DNA from: Tetramitus jugosus
Taxonomy: Eukaryota > Protista > Heterolobosea
Reading direction: 5' to 3'
Length of the DNA stretch: 64,000 nt
Assembly: GCA_937625935.1 (NCBI GenBank)
Contig: OW569394.1
Span: 62,001 to 126,000, forward strand
The notes below the pieces were generated by a model, which was given only the letters and a program-made list of their open reading frames with translations, was not told the origin of the DNA and did not search any database. Positions 25,589-35,474 of the stretch are shown in pieces; position 1 is the first letter of the stretch; every line of letters begins with the position of its first letter. Both the position numbers and the translations under genes were made by a program.

Positions 25589-27361
25589 ATGGTAAATCAA
25601 ATATCTAGCTTGTGCATCTTTGGAGTTCTTGCTTTACTCTCCATCGTCTGTTTCTCCGGTGTCCATGTTGGCGCCAAACCGTTCCAACCAATTACGACTG
25701 ATTTTTGCCGCCCTGGAAAATTGGGAGGTGTCAGTTCCAAATGCAACACCATTGCTCTCAACATTCGAAAGAATTTTTGTGAGTCTTCATGTGCTTCATC
25801 TTCTGTGGTCAACTCTGTTTCATCTGACAGCTTGTCTGCTGTGATCAACAAGAAGACTTGTGTCAAGAATTGCATGACTGGTGTTCCTACTGCGACTAAA
25901 TCAAAGAAAGCTTCAACCAAGAAAACAGTTGTAGCCAAGAAGAAGAAAACAATTCGAAAGTCAACTGTTAACCAACAACAAGATGTAAATGCAAGTGCAG
26001 CTCAAAGCTTGGGTGAGAGCTCTGGTCCAATTCTTGATCTCTTGAAAAAGTGGTTCAAAAAGCAGGACAAGAACAAGAAGAAGCAAGATGAAGAGAAGAA
26101 GGAACCCGTCAAGCCAAAGGAAGAAACACCTCCTGAGGAGAAACAAGAAAGTCGCACCGTCACTGAAGAGAAAATCTGGGAATTCTTTGAGAAGTTGTAC
26201 ATGTCTGCTCACACTGGTGCCTGCGATGCATTGACTTGCTCTCTTATGCTTCCAGAGGCAATTGACATGTCGACCAAGAACAAGAAACATTTTGACTATG
26301 ACTACTTCTTGAACACTGTGGCAAGCAAGGTTGGCCAAGAAGAGACATTTGCTGAATCGTATCGCAAGTTCCTGTTCGGGTTGAATGTTCCTTTGAACTT
26401 AACACTTGGAGGTGACGTTTTTGCCAATCATGAGCTCGTGTTGCCCATTAGACAACAAATTTCAGTGATCGAGGAGTTGATTGCCCAGGAGGAGGACAAG
26501 TGTAGCGATCGATATGAGTCTGTTGGTCGCGTGTTTCCAGGTGATTATGAATCATTCAGGAATCAGATGTGCCTATCTCTGAACAAGCACACGGTGAACA
26601 AGTATGCGCTACAGGGCAAGTTACAGTCTGTTCGATCTCAATTGTACAATGGATGGGAGATCGCTGTCGAAGCACAGAAGCAGTACAATGCAGTAAATAG
26701 CAGTAAGAGAAAAACATGGAGCAAGCATGTATCTCTGGAAGATGTTGTTAGAGGAGCACATAATGGTGATGAGTCCACCATGTCCATGCATTTCTCTGCA
26801 AGTGGTATCAATGGAGTTCAGACCAAAGTTCATTCCAAGTCAGGTGAATCCATCTATCCAGATATCATTCGACCTGGACCAGATGTCAAAGGTCCAGAAC
26901 TTGATTTCAATGCTGCCAATCAAAATGTTTCTGATGCACAGTTCCAAGTCCGATTCGGAGCACAATACTTAAGAAGAGTAATGGTCGAACCGAACAATAG
27001 TTGGTTCTCGAGAAGTGCAATCAACGCTTATCGTGAGAGAGATGACTATAAGCCAAATTCTAACTTATCTCAAGACTACTTCTTCAATTCAGAACATGGT
27101 TCTCTTGTCAAGTATCCTGAGAGCGTATATGTCATGACTCAGCCATTTGTAAAAATTACGGTTAGTAAGCTCACAGAAAAGTATGTCCGTCAGTTGCGCA
27201 AGGTCTCCGTGTTTAACGTTGTGTTCGACATTGACTCTGGTGATCAAATCACAAGTCAACCATGCCCATTGCCTTCTGATGATTGCGTGTTGATGACTTT
27301 TGCTACTAGTTCTGAGAATTTTACCCCTCTACTATTCTCAGTAAAGAACAAGAATGAATAG
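25589..27361 (+). CDS. Secreted hypothetical protein with N-terminal 6-Cys domain
   Basis: 590-aa ORF, signal peptide, Cys-rich segment, Lys-rich linker; AATAAA right after the stop. Confidence 0.8.
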   Translation: MVNQISSLCIFGVLALLSIVCFSGVHVGAKPFQPITTDFCRPGKLGGVSSKCNTIALNIRKNFCESSCASSSVVNSVSSDSLSAVINKKTCVKNCMTGVPTATKSKKASTKKTVVAKKKKTIRKSTVNQQQDVNASAAQSLGESSGPILDLLKKWFKKQDKNKKKQDEEKKEPVKPKEETPPEEKQESRTVTEEKIWEFFEKLYMSAHTGACDALTCSLMLPEAIDMSTKNKKHFDYDYFLNTVASKVGQEETFAESYRKFLFGLNVPLNLTLGGDVFANHELVLPIRQQISVIEELIAQEEDKCSDRYESVGRVFPGDYESFRNQMCLSLNKHTVNKYALQGKLQSVRSQLYNGWEIAVEAQKQYNAVNSSKRKTWSKHVSLEDVVRGAHNGDESTMSMHFSASGINGVQTKVHSKSGESIYPDIIRPGPDVKGPELDFNAANQNVSDAQFQVRFGAQYLRRVMVEPNNSWFSRSAINAYRERDDYKPNSNLSQDYFFNSEHGSLVKYPESVYVMTQPFVKITVSKLTEKYVRQLRKVSVFNVVFDIDSGDQITSQPCPLPSDDCVLMTFATSSENFTPLLFSVKNKNE

Positions 27362-27739
27362 AATAAATGATTTCTTCAAGTGTACTTAGCAAAATAGATC
27401 TCTTGAATATTGACAATTCTGTGAGTTTCGAAGTTAGCCCAGAATGATTGGACTTGATAAATGACGCTTCCTCGCTCGCCAAAAACACTGCAATATCTCC
27501 AATTTCTCTTGCAAGTATTGTCTAAATTTTTTTTGGTGTGTTGAGTGAACATTGCGTCTCTTCAAAGGAGTTTTTTTTGTTGTAAGTAGCGGATGTCCGT
27601 GTATCACAAATGTCCGTGAAGCGATCAGCCTAAAAATACCAGCTTTAATGTTCGATAATTGTGCGCAGAATCCCGGCTGCATTTAAAGGAATGTTGTTTC
27701 ACATGCATGACCAACACATATAATCAACAACAAAACAAA

Positions 27740-28750
27740 ATGAGTTCGACAACAACTGTCTGTGTTACTGGAGCTACCGGTTTTCTCGCGAGTCACTTGA
27801 CTAAACAACTGTTGGAGCGTGGATACACAGTTCATGGAACTGTTCGATCCTTGAAAGCCACTGACAAGTACCAATTTTTGAAGGAGTTTCCCAAGGCTAG
27901 TGATCGTACCTTGGTTCTGTTCGAAGCCAATTTGAATGATGAAGGATCATTTGATGAAGCAGTCAAGGGGTGCTCCATTGTCTTTCACACTGCTTCACCC
28001 TTCTTTTTCGAAGGTGACAATTTTGATGGTCAACGTGATTTGGTTGACCCTGCGCTCAATGGTACTCGAAATGTTCTCAGTGCGTGCGCTAAAGCTGGAG
28101 TCAAGAGACTCGTAGTGACTTCGAGTGTTGCTGCCATCTATGATCCATCCATGGTGAAGGCTGGCAAGGTCTTTACTGAAGCAGACTGGAACATTGCTTC
28201 ATCTGCTACCAATAATCCATACCAGTACAGTAAGACTGTTGCAGAGAAGGAAGCTTGGAATTTTGTGCAAGAGAAGAAACCTGGATTTGATCTCGTAACA
28301 GTCAATCCACCATTCATTCTCGGCCCCATTCTGAACAAGGCACAGACAGCAGTGAACACGAGTAATGACTATTTGGCAACAATTGTCAAGAAGGTGAAGA
28401 AGGGTGAGCCTGTGGGAGTCTTTGGCTTTGGATTCGTAGATGTTTCTGATGTTGCTTTGGCTCACATCTTGCTTGCAGAGGAGCCAAAGAGTTCAATGAA
28501 TCGTTTCATTTGCTCTGAAGGAAGCTATACTGTATCGGAGATTGCCAAAATGGTAGTCGAAGAGCTACCAAATGAATTTACTGACAAGCAAGTGAAGACT
28601 GATGGAGACGAACGTGTAGGTAAGGAGAACATGACTGCATACTTCAGTACCGACAAGTTGGCATCAGTTCTTCCAAACTTCAAGTACACTAGTATCAGAA
28701 AGAGCATTGTTGATACTTACAATAATTTGAAAGAATTTGGTGCAAATTGA
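27740..28750 (+). CDS. NAD(P)-dependent extended SDR (cinnamoyl-CoA reductase/dihydroflavonol reductase-like aldehyde reductase)
   Basis: VCVTGATGFLASH, VFHTASP, TSSVAA and YQYSK (YxxxK) motifs. Confidence 0.92.
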   Translation: MSSTTTVCVTGATGFLASHLTKQLLERGYTVHGTVRSLKATDKYQFLKEFPKASDRTLVLFEANLNDEGSFDEAVKGCSIVFHTASPFFFEGDNFDGQRDLVDPALNGTRNVLSACAKAGVKRLVVTSSVAAIYDPSMVKAGKVFTEADWNIASSATNNPYQYSKTVAEKEAWNFVQEKKPGFDLVTVNPPFILGPILNKAQTAVNTSNDYLATIVKKVKKGEPVGVFGFGFVDVSDVALAHILLAEEPKSSMNRFICSEGSYTVSEIAKMVVEELPNEFTDKQVKTDGDERVGKENMTAYFSTDKLASVLPNFKYTSIRKSIVDTYNNLKEFGAN

Positions 28751-28907
28751 GAAGATTCTATCATCAGAATAAAAGTTAACACAACAAATTTGTTCGGAAC
28801 CACAATTGTGAACTAAAAACGGAAAAATTGAATGACAACGGCAAAGTGATGTCTTCCACCAATTTGGGAAGAGTATCGAAAAACAAAAAAAAGATAGATC
28901 ATTCTCG

Positions 28908-29333
28908 ATGAATCAAATGGCTACTCGTCAAGGAAGTTTGTGCATCCTTTTTGTGCTTGTTGTACTCTCCATCATCTGTTTCTCCTCTGTCCATGTTGGC
29001 GCCAAACCGTTCCAACCAATTACGACTGATTTTTGCCGCCCTGGAAAATTGGGAGGTGTCAGTTCCAAATGCAACACCATTGCTCTCAACATTCGAAAGA
29101 ATTTTTGTGAGTCTTCATGTGCTTCATCTTCTGTGGTCAATTCTGTTTCATCTGACAGTTTGTCTGCTGTGATCAACAAGAAGACTTGTGTCAAGAATTG
29201 CATGACTGGTGTTGCTGCTTCTACTACATCCAAAACCAAGAAAGTTTCAACCAAGAAAACAACTGCAACAACAGTTGGAGTCAAGAAGAAGAAGGCAACA
29301 GCTCGCAAGGCAAAAGAGAGCCAACAACAATAG
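28908..29333 (+). CDS. Small secreted cationic Cys-rich protein; partial duplicate of the N-terminus of 25589-27361
   Basis: Block 28988-29213 is near-identical to 25660-25885; has its own stop codon and downstream AATAAA. Confidence 0.7.
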   Translation: MNQMATRQGSLCILFVLVVLSIICFSSVHVGAKPFQPITTDFCRPGKLGGVSSKCNTIALNIRKNFCESSCASSSVVNSVSSDSLSAVINKKTCVKNCMTGVAASTTSKTKKVSTKKTTATTVGVKKKKATARKAKESQQQ

Positions 29334-29909
29334 AGGTTCTCCAGTTGTGTTGTCCTAAAATAAACGTGATTTAACACGATTTGCGTTTCCTCACAGTGAA
29401 TCAATGGGATTAAGCTATTAAGCTACCAGCTGGACCCTATTCTCACTACTTGAGCGGAGTCACAAAAACTCAACAATTTAAATCACTCAACTCATGTTTG
29501 ATGGAAATGAAAGTTGCTGGGACGATTCCTTTGTAGTGTTTCTCCTTCTTGTATCGATCTTCTGGCTCCTTTTTTACCGAAGAGAATTAGAGACACAACA
29601 GATCGATAACATTGTTGATATGAGTTCATACGGTTCCTCTTATGTTAAATGTTCTGGCGTTCAAATCAACCAATTGATCAAACAATTGATCAAACGCTAG
29701 CCTATTGATCAAGTAGGACTTGTGCAGTAAATGAGTCGAGCAACAAGAGTTACCATTTTCGGACCAAAATGGAAAGGTGACATGTACTGTCATTTTACAA
29801 CGACAAAAAAGTACCTTTCGTCAAAACATATCGGAGAACAACAATTTTACGCGTGCAAAGTGCACATCTTGGGAAGTTTCTCACCACACAAACTCTTTCT
29901 CATACCACC

Positions 29910-32900
29910 ATGTGCAAGTCAAGATTGTTCTCTCCTTCACTGAATTTGTTGTCTGTTGCCTTTCTATTGTGCTTGTTGCTGCCATTGTGCTCTCCACAAC
30001 ACCAAGGCAATCTCATATTGGGAGAAACAAAATTGAGTGAATTGTCCCCTGACCAACCACACTTTTTTACCATTCCTCAACTGGAATCTCCGTTGTCCAA
30101 TGATGTTCGATTGATAATTTGCTTGACTTCCTTCTGTGGTGATGCTGATTTGTACCTCAGTGTTTCCAACAGATTTCCTGGACCAGAAAGTGGTTATCGT
30201 CTCTCAAGTTACTCCCGCGCTGGCCAAGATTTTATTGAAGTGAATTCTACCATGTCTGGTGCACTTCCCACAGGACCATACTACATTGGTGTTCATGCAA
30301 GCCAACACAAGGCCTCGTACAGTATCGTTGCAGCCAAGACTGACATGCACATTACTGTGACAGATGGTGTACCTCAGGCTGCTCATGTCGGCTGGAGACA
30401 ATACACTTACTTTAAGTATTTGTCATCTGGAAATTCTTTTACCGTTACTGCTACAGCTATTTATGGTGATCCTGACTTCTACATCAGCTCTCTTGTGCCA
30501 TTCCCAAGCAGAACCAATTACACGATGAAGAAGAGTGGGCTTGGTACAGAACATTTGGATGTGAATGCGAGTGAACCAACCACTTACTTTATTGCTGTGT
30601 ATGGATTCGGCTCGAATTCCTATTTTAATCTTGAAGTGAAGGAGGCAAACACAACTGGATTGTTGACAATCGGTGTTCCCTCGTTTGAAACAATTCAAGC
30701 ATCTTCTACAAAATACTTCAAGTTCAAGTTGACCTATGAAACTGATCTCAAGATTAAAGTGAAAAAGAAGACGTACTCTGGTGATCCGTCTCTCTTTGTA
30801 TCTTCTGTTCATCAGAAACCCTCTGTCAACAACAGTGAATGGAGGGGGCAGACGCCATTCAGAGATGAAGAACTTTCTATTACCAAGAATGATATCACCT
30901 ACACATCCTATGGTTATTACTACATCGCCATATATGATGACAGTATTTTCAACGTGGATATTTCGATTTCTGTTGAATTGTCTGATATTTCTGATATGAT
31001 CACTCGAGGTAACCCAGCGACTGGTGTTGCTCCAGCTGGAAAGTCTGTTTACTATAAGGTGTATTATGACATGAAACCTGGTGAGCATGCCCAGTATTTG
31101 GAGATTACTGCTACGCCAAGAAATACAGGTGGAAAGCTTCAACTCTATGCATCAAACACCAAGGAGTTTCCAGATTCGACTGCTCATTTTCATGGTTCTG
31201 ATGTATTGAATTCCAATGTGATTCGTATTGATGAGCCAGCTACAGGTTGGTTGTACATCACTCTGTTGGCAAACACTGATTCTAGCTACAGTCTGACTGC
31301 ATCACCGGTGAAACAATATATTGTTCTGGATGCTGGTGTTCCAGCTTTTTATAACATCACAGTAGGTCTATACAGAGATTTTCGATTTCGAGTTGATCCA
31401 AATAACGATGTTGTCATATCTATGCACTCGTACGGTGGCGATGCTGATTTGTATGTTGGAACCACAACCAACGTCTCAAAACAAAACTACATTTGGACCT
31501 CTGCTGCCGGATCCTCAGATGTTTTGACTATCTCAAAGAATGATCCAGGGAGACAATCGCCAGAGTTCTCGGGTCAATTATACATTGCAGTCTATGGCTT
31601 TAAAGATTCCTCCTTTAGCATCACTGCTTTCGTCGTAAACTCTATCGATATTTTGGATGGAGATTCACTCACTGGCTCTCTCAATCGTGGTAACTACACT
31701 TTCTATAAGTATTATTTGACAAATTCAGCTTCATTATCAATGAATCTCAGAGGCCTCTCTGAAAGAAGCGACCCTGACCTTTATGTATCGATGGAGAATG
31801 TATACCCGGATAGAGATAATTTCCACTGGCGATCAATGAGTTTTGGCAATGATTTCCTCAGTATTCCATATGCTCCCAAGGGTTGGTATTATATTGGTGT
31901 CTATGGATTTCGTGATAACACTACATTCACTTTGAGTATCTCATCTAGTTCTGAATCCTTGAGCAGCTATGGTTACTCTCTAAAGGATTATGTTCTCAAG
32001 GGTCGATATCGTTATTACGACTCGTCCATCTATCAAAATGATGTGAATCCAGTTGTAATAGGAGTCACACTCATTGATGGTCATACTGAGCTGCACATCA
32101 ACGACAATGGCACTTATCCCTCCAGATCTCAGTCATCTTACAAGGACACCACCTGGCCAGGTAACTTTATTTCCGTCAAAGCTGCCGAAGCAAACAACGG
32201 AAGATGGTCATTGGCTGTGTACGGTGTCGAAACATCTTATTATTATATTCATGCATCATTTAGAGACAGTCAAGGACTCCTTAGGTTGGCAGAACCTAAG
32301 ATCGGTGTTGTTCAGAAGGGAGAATCTGCGAGATTCATTTACTCACTTTCTGACACTGCAAGTGGCTATTCTGTATACTTGAACCAAGTCGCTTCTGTCT
32401 CATCAATGGTAGCTATTTATGTTGATCAATATCCCAACACGAATCCAAATGCAACTTCTCATAAGTGGACCGCAGAAGGAGTTGATGATTTACTGTTACA
32501 ATTGACTGGTGCTTTCGGCAATTCTGCTGTTTATATTACTGTGACCAGTTTCAATGCTGATGTGAGATTCCAAATTTCTATCAATGATGAAACTGAACCA
32601 ATTACTTTGACCGGGCAACCAAACATGGTGACAACCAAATCTGCTCAGAGACACTTCTTCATGATTCCATCTATTTCCCTTTTTCCCGGAACAAACAACA
32701 GTCGGTTGTATTCTGTACTTGAATCATGTGATGATGTGGCTGCTCCAGTGATGTATGGTTCAATTGTAGAGCATAAACCTGGTGAGAATCACTCAGAATT
32801 CAAATCAATCAGAGATGAAAGGTTTAGACAAAGGTTAACATCAACTGTTGAAACGAATGCTGGCTACTACATTGGAACAGAAGCTTCAACTGTTAACAGT

Positions 32901-35222
32901 TCTTTCTTAATTTATGCAACTACATTTGGAGATCGTCGGCCTATCATTCATTCAAATATCGAGGTTAATGAGTTAGTCAGTAGTCCCACTCTCAAAAGAA
33001 TTCAGATTCCAAGGGCTTCTGGTCAAGAACCAATCAGATACTTCATGTACAAGAGAGAAATGATTGCTAATGAGGATCCAGACTCAATTAATATGCAAAC
33101 TGCCTGCGCTATTCAAAATGGCAAAGCTCAATTAGTTGCTGAGATTCCAACTAACTCTCCAGATGTCGATAACTTATATCATGTCCTTCATGTTGATCAT
33201 CAAACAAGATGTATGATTATCAACGTCGTTGCTGTAGACTCGTACGGTTTGGCATCTTCCTACAATTCTATATCGTTCAAAGCGTGCAACGAAAGTAGGT
33301 CGCACAACTGTTTTGGGGTATCTAATTCATCTCTGGTCTGTTCAAGTCATGGTGTTTGTGTACAAGAAAATGAATGTTCATGCCAAGAAGGATATGGCGG
33401 CTCCGAATGTCAATTGGTTAACTGCAATGGACATCTGTCCAATTCATCTTTGATATGCTCCGGGCATGGAGCATGTATTTTCCCAGATTATTGTCAATGT
33501 GTGAGTGGATACACAGGAACGAATTGCGATAGAACTACCTGCTTTGGACTCAATTCATCAGATTCTCATGTATGCTCCTCTCATGGTCTGTGTCTTCAGC
33601 CTGATACCTGTTCGTGTCTACCATCATATTCCGGAAACGATTGCTCAGTTCCTATTTGTTTTGGCAAATTAGCCCTAGATCCTATGGTGTGTTCAGGAAA
33701 TGGACAATGTATCGCTCCTGATTCTTGTCGATGCGATCATTCAGATGTTTCAACTTCTGATTGCAACACTTCCCCTCTTGACCCTCCACCAGTTGGAAAT
33801 GAGTGCGAAGGATGGTCAAGTGGTGAAGTATTTGGAGCTCCACAACCCTCTGTATCGGTACAATGGAACTCTAATTCTCTTCAGTTCTTCATTTCAATGA
33901 CCAACAAGAGATTATCACCTTTCATGAATCATTTGATCACCTTTGAGGCATTCAATGGTGAGAGCTCGTTAACCGACTGGCTTCACAACATAACCTCTAT
34001 TGGAGAGCTCATTGCCACAAGTAACTGCACCAACAGCTACAGAGTTGTGATTCCATGGACCTCACCTCAACTCAAGAGAGAATATCTCACTACTTCGAGT
34101 GAGGACCAAATTCTCAAAATCTTGGGAGGAGTTTACATACACTACCTGAATGCTGAGAAGAGAACTATTGTTTCCTTTCATGCCTCGCAAATGGTGTATG
34201 CACAATTGAGCAGCCATACATTCACGGTCTTCAACACTACTAATAGCCAAGTTCAAGAATTGATCAAGTTCTCTGTCCAATCCGTATATCCGAGAAGTGA
34301 TCAAGTTGTTATTGGATCCGAGTTGAGTGTCTTGATGGATGGGTATACTATGTCCAATATTTACTTGAAATATTCTTCTTTGGGAGCCGAGAAATGTGAT
34401 GTGAGCTTCACTCAATCTTCATTGTCCTCTCCAAAAATCATGGTTTATGCTGTGAAACTAATTTTGAAAGACATTTTGAGTTCATTCTCTGGTTCATTCG
34501 TTCTCATGGCCACCATCACCAACCATCATTCTACTTCAAATTATTCCATTCCATTCGAGGTGGCTTACGATATCATCCTACCCAATCCTCCATTGAATAT
34601 TTCCTATGGCACAGATATTGTCTTGTCAAACAGAATCAATGGAATTGAGAAGAGAGAGTTTTCATCTGGTGATCAAGTGTTTGTCTCCACGACCATCATT
34701 TCTCAACCAGGCTCGACTCCTCCCATTCTCTCCAATGATCAACTCCTTCAAGTTCGGAATGCATTTGTGTGTTGTATGAAGAATGAGTACTTGGGGGGAA
34801 TGCCAGAGTTCAATCCTTCTCAGAATAGACCTGGATGCACCGTTTACGATTCTCAATCAATGTCCAGGTGGTTCCAACTGGTGAACAAGGGAGTGCCTAA
34901 CTCAAGCACTTCCACCACCATTATTTCCTCAGGACAAAAGAGTTCCGTCTTCTCGTTTGATGTGAGTGCGTTAGTTGATGTGGAAAGAAGGACATGTTTT
35001 CTTCATGTCAACACGATCGTGAATTCAAGAGTACCACTCAGAAATGGGAGATCCTTACAAGGAGGTGAGGTGAAAAACAATGAGGAATCTCACAGTTTTT
35101 CATTCCTCAAGATAGCTGCTGTGAGCACTAAAGAGAATGTGTCATCATTCCATGCTCTGAAACCAGCGAGAATTATGATCGTAGCTCTGTTAATGATGAC
35201 TGTCATATCTTCTTTGGTATAA
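29910..35222 (+). CDS. Large surface protein: signal peptide, about 8 PPC-like (GDADLY) repeats, 4 EGF-like repeats, FRAS1/FREM2-like C-terminal domain, hydrophobic tail
   Basis: ATG at 29910 precedes a signal peptide; repeated GD(A/P)DLY(V/L) and YYI(A/G)VYGF motifs; CSSHGVC...C.C..GY.G..C EGF repeats. Confidence 0.85.
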   Translation: MCKSRLFSPSLNLLSVAFLLCLLLPLCSPQHQGNLILGETKLSELSPDQPHFFTIPQLESPLSNDVRLIICLTSFCGDADLYLSVSNRFPGPESGYRLSSYSRAGQDFIEVNSTMSGALPTGPYYIGVHASQHKASYSIVAAKTDMHITVTDGVPQAAHVGWRQYTYFKYLSSGNSFTVTATAIYGDPDFYISSLVPFPSRTNYTMKKSGLGTEHLDVNASEPTTYFIAVYGFGSNSYFNLEVKEANTTGLLTIGVPSFETIQASSTKYFKFKLTYETDLKIKVKKKTYSGDPSLFVSSVHQKPSVNNSEWRGQTPFRDEELSITKNDITYTSYGYYYIAIYDDSIFNVDISISVELSDISDMITRGNPATGVAPAGKSVYYKVYYDMKPGEHAQYLEITATPRNTGGKLQLYASNTKEFPDSTAHFHGSDVLNSNVIRIDEPATGWLYITLLANTDSSYSLTASPVKQYIVLDAGVPAFYNITVGLYRDFRFRVDPNNDVVISMHSYGGDADLYVGTTTNVSKQNYIWTSAAGSSDVLTISKNDPGRQSPEFSGQLYIAVYGFKDSSFSITAFVVNSIDILDGDSLTGSLNRGNYTFYKYYLTNSASLSMNLRGLSERSDPDLYVSMENVYPDRDNFHWRSMSFGNDFLSIPYAPKGWYYIGVYGFRDNTTFTLSISSSSESLSSYGYSLKDYVLKGRYRYYDSSIYQNDVNPVVIGVTLIDGHTELHINDNGTYPSRSQSSYKDTTWPGNFISVKAAEANNGRWSLAVYGVETSYYYIHASFRDSQGLLRLAEPKIGVVQKGESARFIYSLSDTASGYSVYLNQVASVSSMVAIYVDQYPNTNPNATSHKWTAEGVDDLLLQLTGAFGNSAVYITVTSFNADVRFQISINDETEPITLTGQPNMVTTKSAQRHFFMIPSISLFPGTNNSRLYSVLESCDDVAAPVMYGSIVEHKPGENHSEFKSIRDERFRQRLTSTVETNAGYYIGTEASTVNSSFLIYATTFGDRRPIIHSNIEVNELVSSPTLKRIQIPRASGQEPIRYFMYKREMIANEDPDSINMQTACAIQNGKAQLVAEIPTNSPDVDNLYHVLHVDHQTRCMIINVVAVDSYGLASSYNSISFKACNESRSHNCFGVSNSSLVCSSHGVCVQENECSCQEGYGGSECQLVNCNGHLSNSSLICSGHGACIFPDYCQCVSGYTGTNCDRTTCFGLNSSDSHVCSSHGLCLQPDTCSCLPSYSGNDCSVPICFGKLALDPMVCSGNGQCIAPDSCRCDHSDVSTSDCNTSPLDPPPVGNECEGWSSGEVFGAPQPSVSVQWNSNSLQFFISMTNKRLSPFMNHLITFEAFNGESSLTDWLHNITSIGELIATSNCTNSYRVVIPWTSPQLKREYLTTSSEDQILKILGGVYIHYLNAEKRTIVSFHASQMVYAQLSSHTFTVFNTTNSQVQELIKFSVQSVYPRSDQVVIGSELSVLMDGYTMSNIYLKYSSLGAEKCDVSFTQSSLSSPKIMVYAVKLILKDILSSFSGSFVLMATITNHHSTSNYSIPFEVAYDIILPNPPLNISYGTDIVLSNRINGIEKREFSSGDQVFVSTTIISQPGSTPPILSNDQLLQVRNAFVCCMKNEYLGGMPEFNPSQNRPGCTVYDSQSMSRWFQLVNKGVPNSSTSTTIISSGQKSSVFSFDVSALVDVERRTCFLHVNTIVNSRVPLRNGRSLQGGEVKNNEESHSFSFLKIAAVSTKENVSSFHALKPARIMIVALLMMTVISSLV

Positions 35223-35474
35223 CATGAAACGCCAGGTTTTCAGGATACAATAAACATTGAAGCAACAGAACTTCGAACTTGACCTTATTACATTGATTTT
35301 ATTGGACAGAAAGTAAATCCGAATGTGTTAAGTTCCTTGCCTCCATGAGACATTCTCCAAACTCAACAGTCCATACGTACCAATGTAGTATTCAGCGCCT
35401 CCTCTGAATCCAGTGACTAATGTTGCAAGGAGGAAGTTGATGAAGATATCAGAATTTTCAGGAGATGAATCCAA

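Noticed and set aside
18467-28750. Dirigent-like genes plus a CCR-like reductase as a lignan/lignin-type cluster
   Set aside because: Unrelated genes intervene, this SDR class is ubiquitous, and no oxidase or ligase gene is present. The lipase at 48413 is likewise too distant to call a jasmonate cluster.
29671-29712. CAATTGATCAAA repeated 2-3 times
   Set aside because: Short tandem duplication with no spacers; not CRISPR-like.
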